A stretch of 63,162 nucleotides of DNA, the filler included, from Sphacelaria rigidula (lineage: Eukaryota): assembly GCA_964200075.2 (NCBI GenBank). It is 9 parts of 9 records of this genome, joined end to end, with 100 filler letters (N's around TTAATTAATTAA, not from the genome) between each part and the next. Parts side by side here need not be neighbours in the genome. Positions count along the whole stretch, not along the records: positions 7,031 to 13,960 come from CAXNAA020017356.1; positions 14,061 to 20,990 come from CAXNAA020017357.1; positions 21,091 to 28,019 come from CAXNAA020017358.1; 6 more parts are not named here. One strand, written 5' to 3'. The translations under genes and the position numbers were made by a program. The notes below the pieces were generated by a model. It did no database searches and had not been told where the DNA came from. It saw only the letters and a program-made list of their open reading frames with translations. Positions within the stretch are counted from its first letter, which is position 1. Each line of letters starts with the position of its first letter. Of the stretch, positions 13,951 through 26,155 are shown in pieces.

Positions 13951-14060
13951 GGGGAGAGGGNNNNNNNNNNNNNNNNNNNNNNNNNNNNNNNNNNNNNNNN
14001 NNNNTTAATTAATTAANNNNNNNNNNNNNNNNNNNNNNNNNNNNNNNNNNNNNNNNNNNN

Positions 14061-14138
14061 TAATAATAATAACTATAATAATAATGATAATAATAACAAT
14101 AATAATAAAAGTAATAACAATGATAATAGTAATAATAA
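14061..14138 (+). repeat. Imperfect (AAT)n microsatellite
   Basis: taataataataactataataataatgataataat at the contig start. Confidence 0.9.
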
Positions 14139-14383
14139 TGCCGTTGTCGCTGGGATGACGCGTGAAGCCACGTTCTGCCGGCTCGTTTTGTCGTCCGCAA
14201 GACCGTAAGCTGTCGGAATCAAACAGGTTGTACCGCTGAAATGGCGCCGGTGTTTGCTTCGAAGAGTAGGTGGTTACATCGACTGTCCGGTGTGGTGCAG
14301 GCGGAATTTCGGTGAGAAACATGCCGAGAAGAGAGGGGGGGAAAACATCATCCAATGCTGTCTCTCCAGCGTTCAGCACATAA

Positions 14384-14819
14384 AACATTCGGTCATCAAA
14401 ATGAGGGTAGAGCTTTTCATTGAGGATAACCCGGAAAGCTGAAAATATTCGTATCCACACCAATTCTCCGAAATATTGTTGTTTCCCTTCACCTACGGGT
14501 AGCTATCGATGAATACTGCACGCCATTCAATTCTGGGTCCAATAACCGAAGTTTCGGGTTCCTAGATGAAAAACAAATCTGGGTAACGTGGGTGATCCGT
14601 TCTGGTCACCTACTTTGCCCAACATCGACTTTCACCTGACCCCAAAATTTCGGTCCTCCGAATCCAGATCCCTTTGGTGTGCAGTAGTTTTTAATGGTTA
14701 CCAGTAGGCGAACGAATGCAGCAATATTTCGAACACTTGACGTGGATAAGATTATGTTAGCTTTCCGGGTGATCATCCTCATGGAAAAGCCCTATCCTCA
14801 ATTTTGATGATCGGCTGCT
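14384..14819. mobile_element. Foldback element (same family as 7607-8053) inserted in the Copia integrase
   Basis: Homologous arms; flanks ATAA and ATCA. Confidence 0.8.
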
Positions 14820-15464
14820 ATCAGTGTTACCAACGATGTCTGGCGGTTCGCCCGCTGTGCAGAACCCGAGGGACATCGCCTAAAGACTGGAGTCAATGCG
14901 CGTGCGGTGGTCGGGTCGCACAGTTTTGCAAAACTTTGAGTGCAAGACCATGGTTTGCTCCTGATTTGTGTTTTCTGGATCGTTTGATTAATGCCAATAT
15001 TTGTCTTCACGTACAATCGGCAATTTACCCAAGTGCGTCGCCGGACTACTCGCCGTCTTCATGTGCACCCGAGGGCGCATCACACCAAGCACAACACACC
15101 TTCTCTACCAACGCGAGGCATGGGCTATGAGTACCTATCGGAGGAGACAACCGCCAGGGTTACATATATACCTGTGCAACTTATCTACCCAATATATGTC
15201 TCCAACTTTCTTTACAGGCTCAATCAAAATGCGAATTCATCGTCATGGTCTTTGCCTGTTTCCAATGCCGAATCATCTCTCTCCGACCCGCTGCACTCGG
15301 AATCTGAATCTCTAATCCAGATCCCCGCTGAATACTCCGACCCGCTCTCTGCGGATCCATCTCGTCCGCCGCCGCAACAATTACGACCGTTAGGATCTGT
15401 TCCCGGACCCGATCCCCCCCCTAACCACCGTTCAGCCGTCACGCCAGAACGGCTCCACAACCAT

Positions 15465-15492
15465 TGACTAAGGCAAGCAACAAATGAGTACG
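15465..15492 (+). mobile_element. 28-bp extreme 3' fragment of LINE family A with a ~46-bp TSD
   Basis: tgactaaggcaagcaacaaatgagtacg between near-identical repeats 15419-15464 and 15493-15537. Confidence 0.85.
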
Positions 15493-15587
15493 CCCTAACC
15501 ACCGTTCAGTCGTCACGCCAGAACGGCTCCACACCATGGCTAATATTATCAGCTGCCCCTGGCGTCTTCATCGCTCCATTCGCCTCC

Positions 15588-15812
15588 CCCCTTCACGCAA
15601 CGCCGCTGACCCGTCCCTTCCATGGCTCGCCGTTGACCCGCCCCTTGCATGGTTCGCCGCTGACCCACCCCTTCCACGGTTCGCCGCTGACTCGCCCCTT
15701 CCACGCAACGCCGCTGACCCGCCCCTGCCATGGCTCACCGATGATCCGCCCCTTCCATGGTTCGCCGCTGACCCGCCCCTTCCACGGTTCGCCGTTGATC
15801 CGCCCTTCCCGT
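15588..15812 (-). repeat. 27-bp minisatellite, about 8 units, reading GRGGSAANH-like nonamers on the minus strand
   Basis: Unit cgccgctgacccgccccttccatggtt; open in ORF 15568-15831. Confidence 0.9.
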
Positions 15813-18800
15813 TTATGACGTTCTTGCGCACGCTCGATGTCTATCTTGACGACAGACCCAGCCGCTATGACCACGACCCGTTTCTCCTCTGCCGAACCGG
15901 CAGCAGTCACTTGAGCGCGGATCCAAGTGGCGGACCACTCTCGAGCTGGGCGTTGAGGCGGGAGACCGAACGCTCCAGTTCTTGTACGATGGCACGCACG
16001 TCTCGAAGTTCAACCTCAGTCGCCTCGGCAACCTCGGGCGCCACCACGGAAGGAACGAGATAAATGAACTTCCGCCGTTCATCGCAAGCAGTCCCGTCAA
16101 CCCCGCTTATCTTTTCAACGTTGGCGTGGGCTGTGCCGTCCGCCACCACCGCATCGAAAATCTCACCGCTTGCTCCCTGGCCGCTCGTCGAGAACAGACC
16201 GGGCGTTTGCTGAGGTTTTGACTTCTGCCAGCCACGACTGAACATCCTTTAGCCTCACGACGCACCCCGCCTCAAAGACCGCAATTACTTTCGGGCGTTC
16301 TTCTGCAACGAACGATTTCCGGCTCGGCAAGGGTAAGGGGGGGGGGAGGTTCGACCAACAGTCGCAGGTATGAAGCAAGGCGGACGGACGGACTTTGCCT
16401 TCCGTCTATCACTCCTAACCCTGTGTCGCTCAAGCGAACGCAACAAAGAATCATGCCGGCTGCATAAGCAATCTGAACTCGGTTGATAGTTCTGCAAAAG
16501 CACAGCCGGGCGCACATCATCACCATCCTCAGACGACCCCAGAAGTAGCCGAGCCTCTGGTAATCGTGCTGCGCCTGAATGACGCCAGATATTGCCTTCG
16601 CCGGGACCTGGTCGATGGTAGGCGAAGCACAGCCGCGATACCGGATCGTGTATCCGACCGGAAGAAGAACAATTTTTGCATGCGCCGTCGACGAGAGGGA
16701 CCTGGATGTCACGCACATCGCAACCGCATCCCCGCTTAGGTCTTCCACGCGCTCTTGTACTAACCGGGTTAGTCTCTGCCGGCGCGGAATGCTCTCTCCT
16801 GCAACTATCACAATTTCCGGGGGGGGCTTGAGAACTATTGCGACGCGGCGGCATCCTCCCTCTTGCACCGTGCGCGCGATGTTCACCACGATCAGCGTCG
16901 GGTTGTGGTGACCGGCGCTCGGGATGCCTCATCACCGTGCTGGCAGCCCCGTTCATTCGCACCGGCGTTACCTGCTTTTGCTCCGTACCCGCCGAAGATG
17001 AGGTGTCGACACCTTCAACCGTCCCTGGGTTGACCCCAGGGTTGGCAGCATGTGTAGCCTTCTTCTTCTTTTTCCGCTTCAATTTTGACGCCTACGCGCC
17101 CGAAGGTGTTGGTTTCGAGAAGCACGGTGAGCCTGGTCGCTCGTTACGTTGTCCAATAGCGTGGAAAATTCTCCCGTTGACCCTCAAGCAGGACCTCGTC
17201 CTACGTTGTCGGGGTGTGTGGATGACGGTGTTTCCCCGGGATAGCGCCGTACCACCCGCTGATCTTCCTTCGCCCCGTTTCTATGCTGCAAGGCAACCTT
17301 CTGTTGCTCATGCCATGCTTCCCATATGCTATCAACCTCCGGGTGATTCGTCGCGGTCCTCTTCCGTCTCGATATACGTCCATGAGCATGCGGGGGTGTG
17401 CCTCTGCCGGACTTGTGCGGGGTATGTATTTTCTTCGCCTTGAAAGACGGAGTTGAATTCTGCACCTCCACGAGTCTACCACCGGCAGCTCTCCCACTTT
17501 TGCGGGGCATGTTACCACTTCGATGAGAGGTAGTACCGGCGGATTCCACGGCGATACCTGCCGCGTGTTATTTTTTGGCGCCGAAGTAATCGATATTTCA
17601 CCAGTCGCATCTTCTCCGTCTGATCGAAATTCAAGCTTGTTACACCCTGCGTTCCGACGATTGTTGCACCCCTCCGTCGACCCCTGGTTTTCTACAGATG
17701 CGCTATCGAAAAGCGATTGACGCCTCCGAGGCACAGAGCAGTACAGTCACCGTCTTTTCCCCGTATGATGGGGTGCTCAGCCACTTTCGCACTGTACCCA
17801 CTTCGCCGGCGTGACCCCCGGCGATCTCTCTCAGAATTGCCACCAGTGCTGTACGTTCGGAGTGTGTCGAACGGGATGGCGGCGGAAATGGTGCAGGCAC
17901 TTCACGACCTGTCCGGAGGATACGGCACAACGATAGATGAGCACAACGTGTTAGCCAGTGTGGTCTTTTTGATTTTGCGAGCGTAGGAGTCGCGGGTTCA
18001 CGTGACAGGATGTCATTTCCAAATGGATGCATACTCAATTCTGTCCAAAACCGACAATCATCAGCGGGAATGAGGGGAAAGTAGTCAGGTGCGCGCGATC
18101 TTTAGCACTTATACTTCGCGCGGCATTACTACATCAAAGGTGTTGTGGCGCTCTTACCTCGAGATTCATTGCAGTGCCGTATCTCACGCTCGGACTGCCC
18201 CGGCCGGCGTCTCAGAGGTGCTCCAGACGTTGCGTCCCAACTGTGTTGAGTCTTGTGATCTTCCACATCTACGCTTAGCGAATGCACCCGGGAGTGGATG
18301 CGGGTGGGATTGTACGTCAGTGCTTTTGATCCCAAGTGTCTTCCATCGTGCGGTTCTCATGATGTGCAGTCCAATGATGGAGTTTTGCTTTCCGCACCAT
18401 CATACCTCATGGTCGCCGCATCCGATCCTCGTACTGTTGTATCGTCCAACTGCACATCTGGAAATTTGTATACACTCACGCGGCGTTAATCTCGCTCCAC
18501 GTAGGTGGTCGTTGAAACCCGGGTGCAGGTTCCCAACATGCAATCGTTGCGCCTAAAAGGGCACGAGGTGCGTTTAGTACCTTTCTTTATCGAGCACACA
18601 ACCCACAGGATTACACATTACCCATGGCCGCATGTTGCACATCGTGAATCTTGATGGCTTGGTCACGACGGCCATCTACACATCACAATAGCACTGTACA
18701 TCGTGTTCCTTCTTGAAGCCGGCGCTGTTCATACCCGAGCACAACACTTCACAGACTGTACAGTCCTCTGTGCTGCACTGCACTTCGCTGCATGAAGTTG

Positions 18801-20924
18801 TGCTCTTCTGAGCTGCGCTGGGGTGCATGGTATTGTACTGTGCGGGGCCGTACTGTACTGGGATGAACAGCTTGTACAATGGAAGGGGGGTTATCTGCAG
18901 CGCCCATGTGCTGTTGTGGAGCAAAATTTGAATTTTTCAAACTTTGGTCAACTCGTTTAATCTGCGACTTGGATGGATTTCAGTCAATCCTTTTGCTATG
19001 GAACTGCTGCTTTATGCAAATGGTCAAGCATTTATCTATGTCTCCGCCGGTGGTTTTACGCGAGCGCTGTGCTCTCTCATAACACCGGTCAGATTTTACA
19101 GGGGGTGGTGTTCACCGTAGGCCGCATGGATTCTGCCGTAATTCCTTGCATAAAGCACTGTTTCCATTGCAATTTGCGAGAAGAACTGCCCATCTATATA
19201 CCAGTATACCTCAATCTTCCACGCGCATACTCCCTTTGCCTAGGCGATGCTGGCCGGGCCGCTACTGCATGCACAGCACATGCGGACCCTCCTCGCGAAT
19301 TCGGGATATTTGTCATTATCCACCGTTTTTCGTGGAGGCGTTTAAAAACTAGAACGAGAACCAAATTTTCCCCGGCGAAACACTGTACAGTCTAAAAATC
19401 GGTCAGGGGTCAACGAGACCCGGATCACCCACCCTGGCGGTCACACGGTTGACGAGACGAAGCGAAGGAGGCAAGAAGAAAAGCGAGGAAGACAGCTTAC
19501 AGGTCTACGACGACCACTTTGGGTCCTAGCGAGGAAAAACAAGAACTTTCTCGGAAGAGTGGCGACTTTTTCGCAGTGCTATCCGTTTTCAACTATACGT
19601 AGGCGGTATTTTGGAAAGTTAGGCGTCTAAACACAGCGCACCTGGGGTCTGATGATGCTGGAACTTCACCTATGTGCAGGTTGAGGCCGCAGGTAAGTGT
19701 CGACGCAACAGCATCGGGGACGCAAGGCCTTCTGTGCGCTGTATGGGTTGAAAGGACTATTATGCACGATACTGGAACTCATTTCCGAACATTTTTCAAT
19801 TTTTGATAATTTCAGAGGGAACGATATCAAACGGGCGCGGAGGCAGCGGCAGATGTTGCCAGCATAGTCGTCCAAGTTGGTCCGCTTATCGGCCGACACG
19901 CGCAGAAGCACAGATAACAGCCACCCGTCAGGTTTCGTAGTATCTTCGAGGTTGCTGCCCTTAGCGTTTAAATCGCCGTCTCGCGCAAGACAGCCGAGAC
20001 GAAGGGATTAGCGCATTCTACCAAGGACTACTGTGCAGCTGTTCGGGAAGGAGTAACGTCCCTTTACAGACAGTACCAAAGCTTGCGACTCCTACATCAC
20101 GACAGACGAACCACGGAGCGGGCGATTGCTGTTGTCTACTCTCAGAATCAATATGCACCCCTTGAGGGTGCTCTCACGTACATATCTTGAGCTTTCTCCG
20201 ACGTTCACCTGATCGATGTTTTGTGGAGTGCTTTACCGATTCACTTGCGATGAGAGTGCGACAGGGTGCAATTTTCAGTCGTCCACGGGTATTCCGGCCC
20301 TGCCGAGGCGTGGTTCGCGTAGTACCGTCAGTGACGTGCTGCGGGCTCGAAGCACACAGTGCCAACTTGGTCATGAATACGAGGAACGTGACACTTTTTG
20401 TATATTTAGCGCTTCCTCTATACACGGCGACATGAATCCTTGCCATATGGGCGCCTCAGCCACCGAGGTATTATTCTGTCGCGCCACCTTCCCGTGCTGA
20501 TGTGGACACCTATCGTCCAAGGTCGTTTACCCCCCTAACCATAACGCATATCACGCCGCGGAGAATGATCGCATCAAAATGTAACACCCGCGTTGAAGTT
20601 CGAAATTAACAAGAAGCCTCCATATGATCGGAAAAAAAATGCTGGTCGACACTGGACGCAGTCGAAAATAGGTCTGGGAATCTCAACCTCTGTCACTGGA
20701 ACACATGACTGGAACACGTTACACCTGTATAACCCAGCCCGAGCAAACACGCACAGACATCCACGGCACAAGCGCATCACGCGTGGCGCTAGCTCTTGCT
20801 CATCTACACACAATGCTCTTTGTTTTACGGCAATCCGCTCGGTGATGGAAGAAGAGCGGCCGTGTTTGTGCAACAAGAGTTGCTCACGATGAAATCGTTC
20901 ACCGTTTGTGGGTGTGTCGGCCGC

Positions 20925-20990
20925 GCCCCGGTGGTGTAATGGTCCGACTGTCGCCATTAGGGTGGAGAGAACGAGGGTTCGATTCCCGAT
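20925..20990 (+). mobile_element. tRNA-derived SINE head or tRNA pseudogene, cut by the contig end
   Basis: GCCCCGG start, A box TGGTGTAATGG, B box GGTTCGATTCC; no canonical anticodon arm. Confidence 0.55.
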
Positions 20991-21090
20991 NNNNNNNNNN
21001 NNNNNNNNNNNNNNNNNNNNNNNNNNNNNNNNNNTTAATTAATTAANNNNNNNNNNNNNNNNNNNNNNNNNNNNNNNNNNNNNNNNNNNN

Positions 21091-21410
21091 GAGGACCGCG
21101 TGCTTAGAGGACCGCGCCGTATTTCAAAACACCTCAGGATCGATATTTTTCGAGACCAATCTGCAGGTACCACGCCCCTGACCATAACCCTAACACTAGC
21201 CCGAACACTAACCCTAACACTAACCCCAACCCTAGGGACGTTCAAAATACGATGCGGTCATCTAGGCACGCGGCCCTCTCACGCATTACAGTTAGGGTCA
21301 GGGGCGTGGTATCTGCTGGGACTGACCCGATTGGTTTTGAAAAACGTCGACCCTGAGGTATTTGGAACTACGGCGCGGTCCTCTAAGCACGCGGTCCTCT
21401 CACGCATTAC
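21091..21410. mobile_element. TGTAAT...ATTACA MITE with telomere-like core, plus an adjoining inverted partial copy
   Basis: gaggaccgcgtgcttagaggaccgc TIR motif; CCCTAA/CACTAA array near 21180-21235; right termini gcattaca near 21290 and 21410. Confidence 0.8.
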
Positions 21411-21835
21411 AACATGACATGTCCGGGCTTGGTGTATCCCGGGCGACGATGACGACGACGTGTGATCACCTGTATTTCCCGCGTCACCTTCGCATACTGT
21501 ACTCGTTCCTCTATTCAAACGTACACCAATGAGCACCCTACTACCGTTGAATGATCCATTACCGAGCTCGGTAGAGATTTCAGTAGTTGTTAGCAACTTG
21601 TAACGAGTGACCCTCCGGCCGACTTTTCACCTCTGTTGCGTTTCATTCAGCACGACCAAAGGACACTTTCGTGGTTGTTCTGGCCACGTTTTTCGCTTTT
21701 CTTCAGTTTCAACACATTGCAAAAGTCATCAGGGATCCAAAAGCTAATGGATTGTCGACAAGGGATTCTTGAAAACATTTATCGAGTTGAATTGTGGTGG
21801 GGCAGTGTACGGTCGTGCAGGGGGCGAGAGCATAG

Positions 21836-22311
21836 TGTAATGTGTGGGAGGACTGCGCGCTTTCTGGACCGCATCAGAATTTGAACACCCCAGGATCGAC
21901 TTTTTTTTAGACAGTTCGGGGCTGTCCCTGCAGGGACTGCGCCCCTGACCCTAGAGAGATGCTGTGGCAGGCAGGGGTGAACGAATATTTCTGAGGTTAA
22001 AATTGTGAGGGGCCCTTCATCTCATCCAAAACACGACTTATGAAAAAATGCGAGAGTACGCCAGGATTACTATTATTCCAATGTGCTGGGGATATCCCGA
22101 ATAAATCTGCACACGGGGATGCCCTGACCCATATTCGTATGCGTCTAGAATCGTTAGGAGCTCCTGAACCAGACAAAATTTCGCGAAAAAGGGCACCCCC
22201 ACCGTAGCATTGCTTCCTATCCCTAACTCTGACCCAAACCAAAACCCTAACTATAGGGATGTTTAAACTCTGATGCGGTCCCAAAAGCACGCGGTCCTCT
22301 CACGTATTTCA
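21836..22311. mobile_element. Same MITE family, diverged copy with ATAG TSD and a nested insertion
   Basis: atag|tgtaatgtgtgggaggactgcg ... cgcggtcctctcacgtatttca|atag. Confidence 0.75.
21954..22215. mobile_element. ~262-bp MITE (Sola2-like termini) nested in the CCCTAA tract of the host MITE
   Basis: CCTA on both flanks; reverse-orientation homologue of 45990-46250. Confidence 0.75.
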
Positions 22312-23094
22312 ATAGCCGTCCCCGAGGCGTTTATCTACCGTAGAATTGGGGGTGGTACCCACCGAGCGGCCAATGATGAACGAATGTCGCCACCCGTGTG
22401 TTTCCGAGAAACGCTTTCGGGTGTTCTGAGCGACAAAATGGGCACAATACAAAATGTATCCTTCCCCCCGTCCAAAGGTGTCCCTAGACTACAATCACAC
22501 CGTGGCTTCCCCCCCTGCGGAAGGGGAACTTTCGACGTCGAGGCACAAACGTCTCCATAAATACTGCCATTCGCTGTCTGAACACGTGTCTTTCTGCCAT
22601 TGGTTGGAATATATGAACATGTACATGTATGTGCATATATATACTGTACGATGTAACCCTCTGCTCCTACCACGTGAAAGTAGTCAAGTGGTTAGCAACC
22701 AAGCATCTTGCCAACCTGTGCTGAGATAGTTCCAGGGTGACACGAACGACGGTACTTGCGCCAGGCTACCTGTGTCTTCGAAGACATACTTTGCTCAACC
22801 TGCTTGCACAGACATCTTTCTTGATTCCCTTTTATTCGTATATGCAAGGGTGCACGGAGGAAGGTATCACGCAGATCGATTTACCCTCCCCCTTCCCCCC
22901 CCTCTCCTCACCTCTAGACTTTTGGGTTGGCGTCGAGTGGCAACGGCGCTGTAAAACAAGTCACCAAAACCTAGGCAAATGCACAGACGGTCACCGTACA
23001 TATCCCGAGGACCGCCACTAGACAAAAAAAGTCCCGTACTGACGAACACAACATTAAAAATATTAACCAACCCAATGCTTTCCCCCCAGAAACA

Positions 23095-23339
23095 GACTAA
23101 TGCCGAGATAGCCCCCCCACAAAAAGTGCACCGGAGACCGTCCGACAAATCGGCTGCGATCACACTATTGGGCTCGTTTGCAGTATTGTCGCCCACATTA
23201 GGGGCGTGTCCCAGTCCGAAAGCCACAACGCCCAAATGAGTCGCGTCATGCAGCACGAAACCAGCTCTAACGGCATTTACGATCACCGACTCCGTGCACT
23301 TTTTTGGCCGGTTCGGGGGGGGCTATCTCGGCAGCAGCC
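23095..23339. mobile_element. MITE with gatagcccccc-type TIRs
   Basis: tgccgagatagccccccc..aaaaagtgcac at left and its reverse complement at right; flanks AACA and ACCA. Confidence 0.75.
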
Positions 23340-23872
23340 ACCACACAATATGGATATAGACATAATATACCTATAACACAGCCCGGATACAGACATGAAA
23401 TAGAGAAGCTAACCATCCTTTGTATTCAAGCTACCATAACGCAGCCCGGACATAGACATGAAATGGAGAAGCTGACCCCCTCTTTTCTTTAACCTACCAT
23501 AACACAGCCCTGATACAGACATGAAATAAAGAAGCTAGCCCCCCTTTTACTCTAACGTACCATAACCCAGCATCGAAGTAGACATGAAAAAGAGGTGCTG
23601 ACCCCCCTTTTTCTTTAACTCACCATAACATAACCCGGACATAGACATGAAATTAAGAAGCTAACCTTCCATTTTACTTAATCTACCATATCACAGCCCG
23701 GACATAGAGATGAAATAAAGAAGCTGGCCCTGCTTTTATTTCACCGACCACAACACAGCCCGGACATAGACATTGAATAGAGCAGCTAACCCTGCTTTTT
23801 ATTTCACTTACCATAACACAGCCCGGATATAGACGTGAAATAGAAAAGCTAACCCTCCTTTTTATATAACGC

Positions 23873-24077
23873 TGTAATGCATGAGAGGATCGCGTGCTTG
23901 GAGGACCGCGCCGTAGTTCAAAATACCTCGGGATCGACGATTTTCAACACCAATCGGATCAGCCCCTGCAGGTACTACGCCTCTGACCCTAACCCCAACA
24001 CTAACACTAACCCTAACCCTAGGGATCTTCAAATTCCGATGCGGTCCTCTAAACACGCGGTCCTCTCAGGCATTACG
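23873..24077. mobile_element. TGTAAT MITE (~205 bp) with internal telomere-like repeats
   Basis: TIR tgtaatgcatgagaggatcgcgtgcttggaggaccgc; core gaccctaaccccaacactaacactaaccctaaccctaggg; interrupts one satellite unit. Confidence 0.88.
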
Positions 24078-24380
24078 CTGCCATAACACAGCCCGGATAT
24101 AGACATGGAATACCATAGAGAAGCTAACTCTCCCTTTTATATAACCGACCATAACACAGCCCGGATGTAGACGTGAAATAGAGAAGCTAACCCTCCTTTT
24201 TATTTGATCTACCATAATTCAGCCTGGATATAGACACGAAAGAAAGAAGCTAATCCTTCCTTGTCTTTGAATTACCATAACACAGCCCGGACATAGACAT
24301 GGAATGAAGAAACTAACCCTGCTTTTTCTTTCACCTACCATAACACAGCCCGGACATAGATATGGAATAAAGAGGCTAAC

Positions 24381-24824
24381 AACACGGGATCTTACAAATT
24401 GGGGATGGATATTTTATTGGGGATGAGAAACCCGGAGAATTAAAATCTTGGTATCCACCCCAAATGTTCGAAATGTGGTTCCATTTCTTCACCTACCGAT
24501 AGCGATTCACAGCTGCTACACGCCATAGAAATTTGGATGCTAATCACCGGATTGTTGGGGTTCTAGGTGAAAGACCAATAACGGAACCTTTTTGGCGTCC
24601 GTTCGGACACCCGGAATTCCCCAAAATTGCTTTTCCACCTAGGACTTGAACATGCCGGTGATCGAAATCCAAATTTTCATGGCGTGTAGCAGTTGTCAAT
24701 AGCTATCAGTAGGTGAAGGAATGGACCCATATTTCGAAGATTTGAGATGGATACGAAGATTTTAATTCTCCGGGTTTCTCATCCCCAATATAGGATGCAC
24801 CCCCAATTTGTAAGTTCCCATGTT
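24381..24824. mobile_element. Foldback element (7607 family) inserted in the satellite
   Basis: aacacgggatcttacaaattgggg...ccccaatttgtaagttcccatgtt; flanks TAAC and CAAC restore the unit sequence gctaaccctcc. Confidence 0.88.
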
Positions 24825-25567
24825 CAACCCTCCTTTTTATCTAACCTATCATAACACAGCCCAAATATGAGCGTGATATTGCGAAAAAAAACAGATATAC
24901 TGTTCCATATCAAGTCGGAAAACAACCGAGATTCTCTCCTCCAATATCAAAACTAACGTAAGACAATAATAAATCCAAAACCTAGATATGTAAACAACGG
25001 CGTGGAGGTTGGCCACCTTGAATGCAAATCGAAAGTATAGAAGATATTTTCCAGTACGGATAGGGTAGGGTCATCACCCCCTCCATGTCAAATTCACGTG
25101 GAGGATGGGGTCTGTATAGTAGTCCACCTCCAGTACACGTACGTGCAGGTTCATGATGATATACAAGTGGAATAATCTGCTGTAGGCGTTTTCTATTATT
25201 GGTTGACGGACTTGCGGGTCTGATCGGCAGACTATGTGGATTTGAACATCACGTGCTTCACGCATGTGGTTACTTCCGATAACGAAGGCTATGTGTTTAT
25301 TAATAAAAATTGTCTTGAAGTCTCCAGGCCCTAGTGAGGGAGGAAGCCCTCGGAGCAATCTTGTGACCTTGTTCTGAGTCTAGGAGGGCTCTATAATAAA
25401 CGTTTATTAAGAGGAACCCGCTGGTTTCTGGAAGAGTTTTTTCAGCTGTGGGCAGCTGCGTTAAATTACATCAGAATTTGTTCACACGAGTGTGCACTCT
25501 GCAAAGTGAGGGAGCTCGCTGACAAAGGAGAGACGGCTAGGTTGGCTGGAACTGTTGCGTGCAGCTA

Positions 25568-26142
25568 TGGCAACGCGCAAGAAAGTGGGTGATGGCGATG
25601 CAGGCGAAGAGGTGAAGTTTAAGTTTACTGAGCTTATGCCTGCAGGATCGCTGAAAGCCCAAGAGTACGGACGGCATTTTAGCGAAAATGCGTCCCGACG
25701 TTTTCATCAGAAATACGTCGAGTATGAAGAGGCGGTCAAAATGAACAACAAAGGACGTAGTATGCAGGCCGTCTTACTGACTCTTACTGAATTGGTGCCG
25801 AAGCACATCCGTGCGTGTTTGTCACGCGCGATTTTTGACGGATCCGTGCTTGACGAAGATGATCTCAAGGAGGCACTAGGCAGACACGCGAAATGTTGGG
25901 AGGATGAAGAGATTGATCCTTCAGTTGCTGCTGCTGGTGTGCGGAAAGCGTTGGCGGCCCGCAACGAGCAAACCGCAATGGGAAGAGTAGAAGGGCAGTG
26001 GGGTGCCCTGGAGGATTTTTTTGCGGAGAATACTAGCGCTGAGCGCACGTTCCGCGATGATGCAGATTTCAAACCAGGACCCGCTCAAATCATAAGTCGG
26101 GAAATGTTGAATGGACTGACCCACCCCCGGATTCAAAACTAA
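25568..26142 (+). pseudogene. Gag N-terminal part, frameshifted near 26120 into the next ORF
   Basis: MATRKKVG...REMLNGLT; the alternative frame PPGFKTKVLNILNMKGGW continues into ORF 26156. Confidence 0.7.
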
Positions 26143-26155
26143 AGTCCTCAACATA

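Larger units (their letters stand above)
14140..18560 (-). mobile_element. Degenerate Ty1/Copia element (gag, protease, integrase) with nested insertions
   Basis: Minus-strand order: decayed Zn-knuckle region (~17100-17200), GNIWRHSGAARL (WxxDSGA-like, ~16570-16600), 27-bp coding minisatellite, GAG-pre-integrase remnant PTTARALTPVFRR (~14880-14920), integrase LDDVF and GRQNEPAERG (PQQNGxAER-like, ~14170-14200); the upper boundary is uncertain. Confidence 0.6.
23341..24870 (+). repeat. 63-bp tandem satellite, about 14 units, interrupted by two insertions
   Basis: Unit ccataacacagcccggacatagacatgaaatagagaagctaaccc..; ATAAC anchors at 23373, 23436, 23499, 23562, 23625. Confidence 0.92.

Noticed and set aside
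20925-20990. Functional tRNA gene
   Set aside because: No proper anticodon stem; better explained as a SINE head
21180-21235. True telomere
   Set aside because: Short, degenerate and enclosed by TIRs
22867-23340. GGAI-repeat adhesin-like ORFs
   Set aside because: GGAIS appears on both strands because it is the MITE TIR gggggctatctcg
23341-24870. CRISPR-like array
   Set aside because: Units are contiguous with no unique spacers, the context is eukaryotic, and no cas genes are present
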